Positions 48,727-57,741 of a DNA stretch of 64,000 nucleotides are shown here, one piece after another. This DNA is from Thermoanaerobaculia bacterium (GTDB lineage: Bacteria; Acidobacteriota; Thermoanaerobaculia; Multivoradales; Multivoraceae). The stretch lies in contig OZ243982.1 in assembly GCA_965214805.1 (NCBI GenBank), forward strand, positions 898,033-962,032, in the 5' to 3' direction. The notes under the pieces were generated by a model. It searched no databases and was not told the DNA's origin. It saw only the letters and a list, made by a program, of their open reading frames with translations. How positions within the stretch are numbered: position 1 is the first letter of the stretch; every line of letters starts with the position of its first letter. Made by a program: the position numbers and the translations under genes.

Positions 48727-49892
48727 AGACGGCGTTCGTCCGTCGACCGGTTCTGGTTACCGGTCACCGCGGCTACCTGGGCTCGGTCATGGCGCCGCTG
48801 CTGGTCGAACGCGGCTACGACGTCGTGGGGCTTGATGTCGGCTACTACAACGACTGCACGATCCCGTCCCGCAACGTCCTCGGCGACCCGATACCGATCC
48901 CGCAGGTCGACAAGGACATCAGGGACCTCGTGCCGGCGGATCTGCGAGCGTTCTACGCCGTGATCCATCTTGCGGCGCTGTCGAACGATCCCATCGGCAA
49001 CCTCGACGAGACCTGGACGGAGGAGATCAACCACCGCTCTTCGGTTCGCCTCGCGGAACTCGCGCGCGAGGCGGAGGTGCGCCGCTTCCTCTTCTCTTCG
49101 TCCTGCATCATGTACGGCCAGTCGAGCGTGGAGACCGTCACCGAGACCTCGCCGCTCGACCCGCGGACCCTGTACGCGAGGTCCAAGGTCAGGAGCGAGG
49201 AGGCGATTCGGAACCTCGCGAGCGACGGGTTCTCGCCCACCTTCCTGCGCAACGGCACCGTCTACGGTCTGTCGCCGCGGATGCGTTTCGACACGGTGCT
49301 CAACGACCTGACCGGCGCCGCCGTCGCCAACAGACGCGTCGTGGTCCACGGCGACGGCAAGCCCTGGCGGCCCGTGGTCCATGTGCGCGACGTGGCGGCC
49401 GCCTTCTGCCGCGTGCTCGAGGCGCCCCTCTCGGTGATTCACAACGAGGCCTTCAACACGGGCGCCGACCACCTGAACCACCGAGTGATCGAGCTCGCCG
49501 AGATCGCGGCCGACCTCGTGCCGGGCTGCGATCTCGAGGTCCGAGGCGAGCCCGGCGCCGATCGGCGTACGTACCGCGCGTCGTTCGAGAAGTTCGCGCG
49601 CGCCTTCCCGGACTTCGAGTTCCGGTGGGACGCGGCAGACGGCGCCGCACAGCTGGTCGAGGACTTTCGGCACATCGGCCTTGATGCGAGGCTGTACGGA
49701 GACAGGCGTTTCGTTCGTCTGCGCTGGCTCGACCACCTGCTCGACTCGGGCCGGCTGGACGGCTCGCTGCGCTGGGCGGGCGCATCCGGCAAGGACCCGA
49801 AGCAGGCGAAGAGCCCGCGTTCGGACGCCGACGCAGACACCGCGGCAGTCGGACCCGGCGCCGGGGCACTGCAACCGGAGGACAGGGGATGA
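48723..49892 (+). CDS. NAD-dependent epimerase/dehydratase (extended SDR)
   Basis: It has a glycine-rich NAD motif (VLVTGHRGYLGS) and a YxxxK region. It overlaps its neighbours with ATGA. Confidence 0.7.
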   Translation: MKTAFVRRPVLVTGHRGYLGSVMAPLLVERGYDVVGLDVGYYNDCTIPSRNVLGDPIPIPQVDKDIRDLVPADLRAFYAVIHLAALSNDPIGNLDETWTEEINHRSSVRLAELAREAEVRRFLFSSSCIMYGQSSVETVTETSPLDPRTLYARSKVRSEEAIRNLASDGFSPTFLRNGTVYGLSPRMRFDTVLNDLTGAAVANRRVVVHGDGKPWRPVVHVRDVAAAFCRVLEAPLSVIHNEAFNTGADHLNHRVIELAEIAADLVPGCDLEVRGEPGADRRTYRASFEKFARAFPDFEFRWDAADGAAQLVEDFRHIGLDARLYGDRRFVRLRWLDHLLDSGRLDGSLRWAGASGKDPKQAKSPRSDADADTAAVGPGAGALQPEDRG

Positions 49893-50338
49893 TCCACGGC
49901 GTCAAGGTGGTTCCTCTTCGTCAGATCGTCGACGAACGGGGCAAGATCATGCACATGCTGAAGGCCACCGACGAGCACTTTCTCGGGTTCGGCGAGATCT
50001 ACTTCTCGACCGCCTGGCCGGGAACGATCAAGGCCTGGCACATCCACCGGTCGATGACCGTGAACAATGCGGTCGTCAGCGGCCGGGCCAAGCTCGTGAT
50101 GTACGACCTGCGGGAGGATTCGCCGACCCGCGGCGAACTCCAAGAGATCTTCTTCGGCGAGGACAACCACGTCCTGGTCCAGATCCCGCCGGGGATCGCG
50201 AACGGCTACAAGGCATACGGAGACAAACAGGTGATCCTGGCGAACGCCGCCACCGAGCCGCACGACCCGGACGAGATGGAGCGGCTCGATCCGTTCACCG
50301 ACCGGATCCCCTACGACTGGGCGCTGCGGCACGGTTGA
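49889..50338 (+). CDS. RmlC-like cupin sugar epimerase/isomerase (nucleotide-sugar 3,5-epimerase or 3,4-ketoisomerase-like)
   Basis: It has cupin motifs (IKAWHIHRSMTVNNAVVSG, LVQIPPGIANGYKA) and a small size (149 aa). It sits in a nucleotide-sugar operon. Confidence 0.55.
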   Translation: MIHGVKVVPLRQIVDERGKIMHMLKATDEHFLGFGEIYFSTAWPGTIKAWHIHRSMTVNNAVVSGRAKLVMYDLREDSPTRGELQEIFFGEDNHVLVQIPPGIANGYKAYGDKQVILANAATEPHDPDEMERLDPFTDRIPYDWALRHG

Positions 50339-50353
50339 GGCGACGGGACCGAC

Positions 50354-51367
50354 GTGGCGGTGGATGCTTCGCGGCTGATAGTGACCCGCACGCCGCTGCG
50401 GGTCTCCCTGGTGGGCGGCGGCACCGACCTTCCGGCGTTCTACCGGCGGGAGGGCGGCGCCGTGCTCTCGACGACCATCGACCGCTACGTCTACGTCACG
50501 GTGAAGCGCCACAGCGAGCTGTTCTTCGAGCCGGTCCGCGTCAACTACTCGCGCAGCGAACAGGTCGAACGCACCTGTGAGCTGGACAACAACATCGCCC
50601 GCGAGTGCCTGCGCTTTCTGGACGTCGATCCGCCCATCTACATCTCGACCGTCGGCGACGTGCCGGCGTCGACCGGGCTCGGCGGTTCGAGCGCCTTCGC
50701 CGTCGGCCTGCTGAACGCTCTGCATTCCTACAAGGGCGAACGCGCCTCGGCCGGCCAGTTGGCGGAAGAGGCCTGCCACATCGAGATCGAGGTCCTGGGC
50801 GAACGGATCGGCAAGCAGGACCAGTACGCGGCAGCCTACGGCGGACTCAATCTGCTGTCGTTCAAGCCGGACGGCGGAGTGACGGTGGAGCATCTGCGGA
50901 TCCCGGGCGATCGGTTGCGGGAGCTGTTTCAGTCGGCGCTCATGTTCTGGACCGGACACCAGCGCGACGCGAGCGCAGTTCTGGTCGAGCAGGACGACCG
51001 CACCGAACTGAACCTCGACTCCCTGTGCCGGATGCGAGATCAGGCGCGCGATCTGCACCGGGCCCTTGGCGCAAGGGAGGTCGATGTCAAGGGGATCGGC
51101 CGGCTCCTCGATCGCGGCTGGAGGATGAAGCGCGAGCTGGCGGGATCGATCACCACGCCGTTGATCGACGCCTGGTACGACGCTGCCATGGCGGCGGGGG
51201 CTCTGGGAGGCAAGCTGTGCGGCGCCGGCGGCGGCGGTTTCCTGCTCTTCATCGTGCCGAAGGAACGCCAAGCGTCCGTGCGCGCGGCCCTTGGCGACCT
51301 GTTCGAGCTTCCGGTCGGCCACGAGTCCCACGGCTCCCAGCTCGTGGCGCCGTTCCATCATGGCTGA
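50354..51367 (+). CDS. GHMP-family sugar kinase (D-glycero-D-manno-heptose 7-phosphate kinase HddA-like)
   Basis: The motif RTPLRVSLVGGGTDLPAFY and the GHMP fold (PASTGLGGSSAF) are present. Confidence 0.7.
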   Translation: MAVDASRLIVTRTPLRVSLVGGGTDLPAFYRREGGAVLSTTIDRYVYVTVKRHSELFFEPVRVNYSRSEQVERTCELDNNIARECLRFLDVDPPIYISTVGDVPASTGLGGSSAFAVGLLNALHSYKGERASAGQLAEEACHIEIEVLGERIGKQDQYAAAYGGLNLLSFKPDGGVTVEHLRIPGDRLRELFQSALMFWTGHQRDASAVLVEQDDRTELNLDSLCRMRDQARDLHRALGAREVDVKGIGRLLDRGWRMKRELAGSITTPLIDAWYDAAMAAGALGGKLCGAGGGGFLLFIVPKERQASVRAALGDLFELPVGHESHGSQLVAPFHHG

Positions 51368-51426
51368 TGGCCTCATGGCGACCTCGGGCAACCTGGCCGC
51401 GTTTCCTCCCGTCCGGTGACCACTGG

Positions 51427-51477
51427 GCCGTCCATGACTGCAGCCCGTCCATGACTACAGCCCGTCCATGACTACAG
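51427..51477 (+). repeat. 17-bp tandem repeat x3 (cccgtccatgactacag), plus one degenerate upstream copy, ending at the start codon of the C-methyltransferase
   Basis: Copies are at 51427-51443, 51444-51460 and 51461-51477. Each contains an ATG. The first two open 6-codon mini-ORFs (MTAARP / MTTARP) whose TGA overlaps the next ATG (ATGA). Confidence 0.85.
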
Positions 51478-52706
51478 AGAAAGACACCGGCTGCCTGGTC
51501 TGCGCCGAATCCACCGTCGAGGAGTTTCTCGACCTCGGCGCCACCGCGCTCGCCAACAAGTTCCCCGACGCCGAGGATCTTCGCAAGCCGGAACTCCGCT
51601 TCCCACTGCGGGTCGGTTTCTGCCGCGGCTGCGGCCACGTGCAGCTCGTCGAACGCGTGCCGCCAGCGGCGATGTTCACGGACTACCTGTACGTGTCGTC
51701 CGCCTCGGACACCCTCAGGGCCCACTTCGACGACCTGGCGGCCACGCTGACCGCGCGCCACGGCCTTGCGGGCGACTCTCTCGTGATCGACATCGGCTGC
51801 AACGACGCCTCGCTGCTGTGCTGTTTCCGCGACCGCGGCGTCAGAACGCTGGGTGTCGACCCGGCCGAGAACCTGGCCGAGTTCAGCCGCAGCACCGGGA
51901 TCGAGCGCTATCGGGGCTTCTTCGGCGCCGACACTGCGGGCGAGATCGTGGACAGATGCGGTCAGGCGGCGCTCATCACGGCGACCAACACCTTCCCGCA
52001 CATCCCCGATCTTCCCGGCTTCGTCGCCGGCCTGGACACTGCCCTCGCTCCCGGCGGAGCCTTCGTCCTGGAAGCGCACTATCTGCTGGATCTGCTCGAC
52101 CAGCTCGCGTTCGACACGGTGTACCACGAGCACGTCTCGTACTGGGCGCTGGGCCCGATGATGCGGCTGTTCGCCGACCACGGCATGGAGGTCGTGCACG
52201 CCGAGCGGCTGCCGATCCACCACGGCCAGCTTCGGGTCACGGTGATGCGTCGAGGCGAGGGCAGCGCGGACGACAGCGTTGCCGATGTCCTTGCGGCCGA
52301 GCGCGAGACCGGCATCGACCGCCTCGAGACCTGGAGCAGGTTCGCCGCCCGGGTCGACCGCCTGAAGACCGAGGTCTTGGACTGTCTTTGCGGCCTCCAG
52401 TCGGAAGGCCGCCGGCTCGCCGGCTACGGAGCGCCGGCCAAGGGCAGCACGTTGCTGGAGTTCCTGGGGCTGGGCCCCGACCTGATCGACTTCATCGCCG
52501 ACCGCAGTCCGCTGAAACAGGGCCGCTACACGCCCGGATCCCGCATTCCGATCGTGGCGCCCGACGCGCTGCTGGAGAATCCCGCACCGGACCACGTGCT
52601 TCTCCTGGCCTGGAACTTCGAGGACGAGATCCTGGCCCAGCAGGCCGAGTATCGCCGCCGGGGCGGCAAGTTCATCCTGCCCGTGCCGGAAGTCCGGATC
52701 GTCTGA
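51468..52706 (+). CDS. NDP-sugar C-methyltransferase (TylC3/TcaB9-like, N-terminal Zn-ribbon)
   Basis: It has a CxxC...CxxC N-terminus, a SAM-binding LVIDIGCNDASLL, and a C-terminal C-methyltransferase domain (HEHVSYWAL). Confidence 0.7.
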   Translation: MTTEKDTGCLVCAESTVEEFLDLGATALANKFPDAEDLRKPELRFPLRVGFCRGCGHVQLVERVPPAAMFTDYLYVSSASDTLRAHFDDLAATLTARHGLAGDSLVIDIGCNDASLLCCFRDRGVRTLGVDPAENLAEFSRSTGIERYRGFFGADTAGEIVDRCGQAALITATNTFPHIPDLPGFVAGLDTALAPGGAFVLEAHYLLDLLDQLAFDTVYHEHVSYWALGPMMRLFADHGMEVVHAERLPIHHGQLRVTVMRRGEGSADDSVADVLAAERETGIDRLETWSRFAARVDRLKTEVLDCLCGLQSEGRRLAGYGAPAKGSTLLEFLGLGPDLIDFIADRSPLKQGRYTPGSRIPIVAPDALLENPAPDHVLLLAWNFEDEILAQQAEYRRRGGKFILPVPEVRIV

Positions 52707-52941
52707 CCTCCGCGTGCGCCCGCGTCCGTTCCCGGAGGCCGGCGCGAAGCACCGGGTTCCCTGCCCTTGCGGCGCTTCTCACTGCGCAGCCGCGCCTGGC
52801 GGTACCGGCCGCGTCGTCGGTGCGGCTGTGCGACGGCGCGGCGATGTCCCACAGGCCGCAGGCCCGACGTCCACGGCGAAGCACGGCGCGGCGCGGCACG
52901 GCGAGAATGCCGCCGGGCCGCTGCTGCGTTACGCTCCATCC

Positions 52942-53877
52942 GTGAGTTCCGGACGTGCACCCCGGGTCGCCGCCCTGGTTCTGAACTACAACGGCCGCGA
53001 CATCACGTTGCAGAGCCTCGCGAGCCTGGAGGCGATGACCTATCCCGCCTGCGAGCTGATCCACATCGACAACGGCTCCAGCGACGGCTCCGGCGAGGCG
53101 GTCGCGGCCGCGCATCCGGGCGTCACCCAGATCCGGGTCGAGGAGAATCGGGGCGTCGTCTTCGGCATGAACCAGGGGATCGAACTCGCGGTCAGCCGCG
53201 GCGTCGACTACCTGCTCCTGCTGAACAACGACATCGAGGTCGAGCCGGACTTCCTGGCGGAGCTCGTCGCGGCGGCCGAGACGGACCCCGCCATCGGATG
53301 CGTGGGACCGAAGATCCTCTACCACGGCGAGCGGGACCGTCTGTGGTCGGCCGGCGGCCGCATTCGCTTCCGCGAGTCGATGACGCGAGAGCGCGGCGAA
53401 GGCCAGGTCGACCGCGGACAGTACGACCGCGACGAGGAAGTGCCCTACGTGAACGGCTGTGCGATGCTGGTGCGCCGGAGCGTCGTCGAGGAGATCGGTC
53501 TCTGGGATCCGCTGTTCCACCTCGCGCTCGACGACGCGGACTGGTGCATGCGGATGAAGGCGCGCGGCTACCGCTGCTACTACGCCCACCGGGCGGTCCT
53601 TTACCACATGGTGGGGCGCACGGTTGGCGGCTACAGGGCCTCGCGAACGTTCTTCAACGGACGAAGCGCAGCCCTGTTCGTGCGCCGCCACGGCGGGCCG
53701 CTGCAGTGGTGTACCTTCCTGACGTTTCTCTCGGCGGGACTCTTCCTGGCCTTCTTTCGCGAACTCGTCCGCTGCAACCAGGGCGCTGTCATCGCCAAGC
53801 TCCGCGGCGTGATCGAGGGGCTTCGGACGCCGATGGCGCCGCCGCCAGGGCTTGACGCGGGCGCCCGGGCGTGCTGA
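52942..53877 (+). CDS. Glycosyltransferase family 2
   Basis: Motifs are ALVLNYNG and IDNGSSDGS, with a DxD-like LLNNDIE. The start is uncertain (GTG near 52942). Confidence 0.7.
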   Translation: MSSGRAPRVAALVLNYNGRDITLQSLASLEAMTYPACELIHIDNGSSDGSGEAVAAAHPGVTQIRVEENRGVVFGMNQGIELAVSRGVDYLLLLNNDIEVEPDFLAELVAAAETDPAIGCVGPKILYHGERDRLWSAGGRIRFRESMTRERGEGQVDRGQYDRDEEVPYVNGCAMLVRRSVVEEIGLWDPLFHLALDDADWCMRMKARGYRCYYAHRAVLYHMVGRTVGGYRASRTFFNGRSAALFVRRHGGPLQWCTFLTFLSAGLFLAFFRELVRCNQGAVIAKLRGVIEGLRTPMAPPPGLDAGARAC

Positions 53878-54542
53878 GAAATCTGCGCGAAGACACCCGG
53901 CGACTGCGGGAGATCAAGACCAGGCCCTTTCCCTGGTACGTGCTCGAGTCGCTGCTGTTCGAGAACGGCTACCAGGCGGTCGTGCTCTACCGCATCGCTC
54001 ACTGGTTCAAGAGCCGTCGCATACCGGTGCTGGGACCGTTCTTCGCCCGGCTGTCGCTGTTTCTCACCAGCGTCGACATCGCGCCCGCTGCGCGGATCGG
54101 CCCCGGACTGTTCATCAGTCACGGCATCGGCCTGGTGATCGGCAACGGGGTTCGCATCGGCAGGAACGGAACGCTGCTCCACCAGGTGACCATCGGCGCG
54201 CCGACTGGCAAGCGGCTCGATCAGATGCCGAAACTGGGCAGCAACGTCTTCGTCGGCGCCGGCAGCCGGCTGATCGGCCAGGTCGAGATCGGCGACGATG
54301 TCTTCATCGGCGTGAACTGCGTCGTCGTGCGGGACATCCCGAGCGGCACGAAGGTCACGGCGACCGCAGGCCTGCGGATCGAGTCTCGGGAAACCACCGG
54401 CGACGGAAGGCAGGACCCGCTCTCCGAGCGTGGGAACGCAGGCGTCTCGCCTGACGAGGCGAACACGAGCGGCGATCTCCAGGCCAGCCGCAAGGGTCAG
54501 CAACCCACGGGTCAGCAACCCACGCCTGGCAGCTCATCGTAG
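53871..54542 (+). CDS. Hexapeptide-repeat acyltransferase (serine O-acetyltransferase-like, probable sugar O-acetyltransferase)
   Basis: Left-handed beta-helix repeats are present (IGNGVRIGRNGTLLHQVTIG, VFVGAGSRLIGQVEIGDDVFIGVNCVV). Confidence 0.65.
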   Translation: MLRNLREDTRRLREIKTRPFPWYVLESLLFENGYQAVVLYRIAHWFKSRRIPVLGPFFARLSLFLTSVDIAPAARIGPGLFISHGIGLVIGNGVRIGRNGTLLHQVTIGAPTGKRLDQMPKLGSNVFVGAGSRLIGQVEIGDDVFIGVNCVVVRDIPSGTKVTATAGLRIESRETTGDGRQDPLSERGNAGVSPDEANTSGDLQASRKGQQPTGQQPTPGSSS

Positions 54543-54597
54543 AAGTCGCCCTGCATTCGATCGTCACCCATCTCGGTCCGGCATCGCGGCTCGCCGG

Positions 54598-56412
54598 TCA
54601 GTCAGGGACGGCGCCGTCCCGACCGGCCGTGCGCGGCAGGACCCGGAACAGGCCGCAGGCCCCGGCCAGCGCGGCGGCAGCGAGGATGATCGCCTCCGTC
54701 GTCCGGCCGTAGAGAGCCATGCCGGTCCCGAACAGCGCAGCGTAGACCGCGACGCAGCCGAGCATCCAGGCGAGAAGCGCCGCCGTGGCGCTGCCGGGCT
54801 CATCCGGCCGGGTCTCCACCACCCGCCGCCAGCCGAGGGCGAACGGGCGGACGCGGTCGTAGAACGACTGGAGAACTGCCGTCTCGGCGGGCGCGCTCGC
54901 CATGGTCACGACGAACCAGACCGCGGTGGTCAGCGCAACGCCGAAGAGGAGCTGCACTGCGGCCGAAGGCAGCGACAGGCCGACCGCCTCGTGACCGAAC
55001 TGAAACCACACGGCGACCGCGAACGAGATGACCATCGCCGAGATCTCCGACCAGGCGTTGATCCGCCACCAGAACCAGCGCAGCAGGAAGAGCAGCCCGG
55101 TGCCGGCGCCGATCTGCAGCAGGATCTGAAACGCCTGCATCGCGTTCTCGAGCCACAGCGCGACCACCGCTGCCAGCGCGACAAGACCGATCGTCGACAG
55201 CCTGGCGACGAGGACATAATGCGGCTCGCCGCGCCCGGGCCGCACGAACCTCCGGTACACATCGCTGACAATGTAGGAGGCGCCCCAGTTCAGATGGGTC
55301 GAGATCGTCGACATCAGGGCCGCTGCCAGTGACGCAACGACCAGTCCGAGCAGACCGTGCGGCAGGAACACGAGCATCGCCGGGTAGGCGAGGTCGTGCC
55401 GGATGAGCGACGGATCGAGATGCGGGAATGCGGCGGCGATCGAGTCCAGCGTCGGATAGACGACCAGCGAGGCCAGGGCGACCAGGATCCACGGCCACGG
55501 CCGCAGCGCGTAGTGGACGATGTTGAACCACAGGGTCGCGCCCATCGAGTCCCGCTCGCTGCGGGCGGCGAGCATGCGCTGTGCCGTGTAGCCGCCCCCA
55601 CCCGGCTCCGCGCCGGGGTACCACGTCGACCACCACTGAACCGCGATCGGGATCAGGAACACGGTGGCAGCCGTCTCCCAGTCACCGAAGTCCGGCAGCA
55701 GGGCGAGACGCGCGGCGATGTCGGGGTTCGCTGCCAGCCCGGAGAGCCCGCCGACGGCAGGATGCGCCAGCGCGTACCAGGCGGCTGCGACCGATCCCGC
55801 CATCGCGATGACGAACAGCATGAGGTCCGTGACCACGACACCCCAGAGACCGGACGCGGCCGAGTACGCAGCCGTCACGGCTGCGGCGACGAGCACCGTA
55901 GTGTGCTTGTCGGCCCCGAGCAGAACGCCGCCGATCTTGATCCCGGCCAGCAGAACCGCCGCCATGATCATCACGTTGAAGAACACGCCCAGGTACACCG
56001 CCCGGAATCCGCGCAGGAAGACCGCCGCGCGACCGGAGTAGCGGAGCTCGTAGAAGCCGATGTCGGTGAAGACGCCGGAGCGCCGCCAGAGCTTCGCGTA
56101 GAAGAACGTCGTGCACATGCCGGTGATCAGGAACGCCCACCACATCCAGTTGCCGGAGACACCGCCGTTCCTCACCAGGTCCGTCACCAGGTTCGGCGTG
56201 TCGGTCGAGAAGGTCGTGGCGACCATGGACGTACCGAGCAGCCACCACGGCAGGTTCCGGCCAGCGAGGAAGAACTGGCCGGTGCCTGCACCGGCCCTGC
56301 GGGCGAACACGAGCCCGACGGCGAGCGCCAGGGCGCCGTAGACCGCGAGGACGGTCCAGTCGACGCCGTTCAGGCGCATGACCGGGCCCGTTTCCATGCC
56401 AGGCAGATCCAT
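54598..56412 (-). CDS. Sodium:solute symporter family membrane transporter
   Basis: The N-terminus is YFLAGRNLPWWLLGTSMVATTFSTDT. It is 604 aa and polytopic. Confidence 0.65.
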   Translation of the reverse strand: MDLPGMETGPVMRLNGVDWTVLAVYGALALAVGLVFARRAGAGTGQFFLAGRNLPWWLLGTSMVATTFSTDTPNLVTDLVRNGGVSGNWMWWAFLITGMCTTFFYAKLWRRSGVFTDIGFYELRYSGRAAVFLRGFRAVYLGVFFNVMIMAAVLLAGIKIGGVLLGADKHTTVLVAAAVTAAYSAASGLWGVVVTDLMLFVIAMAGSVAAAWYALAHPAVGGLSGLAANPDIAARLALLPDFGDWETAATVFLIPIAVQWWSTWYPGAEPGGGGYTAQRMLAARSERDSMGATLWFNIVHYALRPWPWILVALASLVVYPTLDSIAAAFPHLDPSLIRHDLAYPAMLVFLPHGLLGLVVASLAAALMSTISTHLNWGASYIVSDVYRRFVRPGRGEPHYVLVARLSTIGLVALAAVVALWLENAMQAFQILLQIGAGTGLLFLLRWFWWRINAWSEISAMVISFAVAVWFQFGHEAVGLSLPSAAVQLLFGVALTTAVWFVVTMASAPAETAVLQSFYDRVRPFALGWRRVVETRPDEPGSATAALLAWMLGCVAVYAALFGTGMALYGRTTEAIILAAAALAGACGLFRVLPRTAGRDGAVPD

Positions 56413-56452
56413 GTCAGGCAGACCAGGGGCAACCCGACAGACCGGAGGAGCG

Positions 56453-57415
56453 TCAAGCGGGTCTCCAGGATGATCGCTCGCCGAACCACTCGCGCAAGTC
56501 GCCGGGGTAGACGCCCTCCTTGACGCATCGCTGGAGAGTCGAAGCGACCGACGGCAGATCGCCGGCGTAGGTCAGCCCGGCCGTGCTCTGAGCCATCGGC
56601 GTCAGCCGGACCCGAGCCGAACCGTGCCCGATCAGTCGCCCGACCGTCTCGCTCAGCAGGAACTCGTCCTGCAGCGGATCATCAAGGCGCGCCTGGAACC
56701 TGGCGAACGCGGCTTCGAGGAGGCCGAAGATCGAGGGCTGGAAGGCCCACAGGTTCATGGAGCACGGGGTTTCGGGCGCCAGCTTCCGGACCTCCCCCGC
56801 GCCGTCGCGGCCGACAAGGCCCGCCTCGGTCGGCCGCACGTCGTAGACCTCGTCGATCCCCGCCAGGGTCGCGTCCGCGCCAGTCGACACGATGCCCCGA
56901 TTGACGCCGCTGGCCCGAGAGACCCCGGTTCGATGGAGCGCATACGTGCCGAGGAAGTGCGAGTCGTCGCCACGGGCCAGTCCGTCGGCTACCCGCCGGC
57001 CGAACGACTCGATCGCCCGGGGTCCGTAGAAGTCGTCCGCGTTGACAACCAGGAAGGGGCCCTCGATCCTGGTGCACAGCGCCAACACGGCGTGGCCGGT
57101 TCCCCACGGCTTGGCTCTCCGCGCCGGCGGCGGGCCGCCGCTCGGCAGGTTGTCGACGAGCGACTGCGCCACGAAGTCCACCGGAACGGCCCGGCCAGCA
57201 CGCTCTGCGGCCCGGCTCATGATCTGCTCCGTCCGGTCCGCCGAGGTCACGAACACCACCCGCCCGCAGCCGGCCCGGATCGCGTCGCAGATCGCGTACT
57301 CGAACAGCACTTCGCCGCTCGGACCAACGGGCTCCAGCGCCTTCGGACGCCCGAATCTCGCCGAACGGCCGGCGGCGAGAATGGCCAGCGTCAGTCCCTT
57401 GTCAGTTGCGGACAT
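56453..57415 (-). CDS. Sugar-phosphate nucleotidyltransferase
   Basis: The N-terminus is LAILAAGRSARFG, with an NTP_transferase fold. Confidence 0.6.
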   Translation of the reverse strand: MSATDKGLTLAILAAGRSARFGRPKALEPVGPSGEVLFEYAICDAIRAGCGRVVFVTSADRTEQIMSRAAERAGRAVPVDFVAQSLVDNLPSGGPPPARRAKPWGTGHAVLALCTRIEGPFLVVNADDFYGPRAIESFGRRVADGLARGDDSHFLGTYALHRTGVSRASGVNRGIVSTGADATLAGIDEVYDVRPTEAGLVGRDGAGEVRKLAPETPCSMNLWAFQPSIFGLLEAAFARFQARLDDPLQDEFLLSETVGRLIGHGSARVRLTPMAQSTAGLTYAGDLPSVASTLQRCVKEGVYPGDLREWFGERSSWRPA

Positions 57416-57741
57416 GCCGACCGCCAGAGAGCTGCGGACTGACGTTCCGCGCCGGATGCGCGCCGAGCGCCGGCGTGTCCGTGGGCGTGCCCGGCCGATC
57501 GACGTCTTCGATCCGGATCGTCTCGAGTTCGGTGATCTTCATCTTCCTACCCCCTCCAGGCGTGTCGAGGCAACGCGGCCGCTGCCGGGCGAGCCGCGGA
57601 CAGGTCAGCGGCCACGACCGGCCGCCGCGATCCCCACGCCGGGGACGAAGCGCAAGCCGGAACCCGGCCCTGAGCAACCCGCCGAGAGCGCGAGCCTCTC
57701 GGCAGGAATCCGAGCGCAGGAAGACTCTCCGGTCGCTGCGG

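Noticed and set aside
51427-51477. CRISPR array
   Set aside because: The only tandem repeats in the window are the 17-bp x3 array with no spacers, and the 45-bp and 24-bp paired direct repeats (27137-27253 and 59013-59096). There is no repeat-spacer architecture and no cas genes anywhere.
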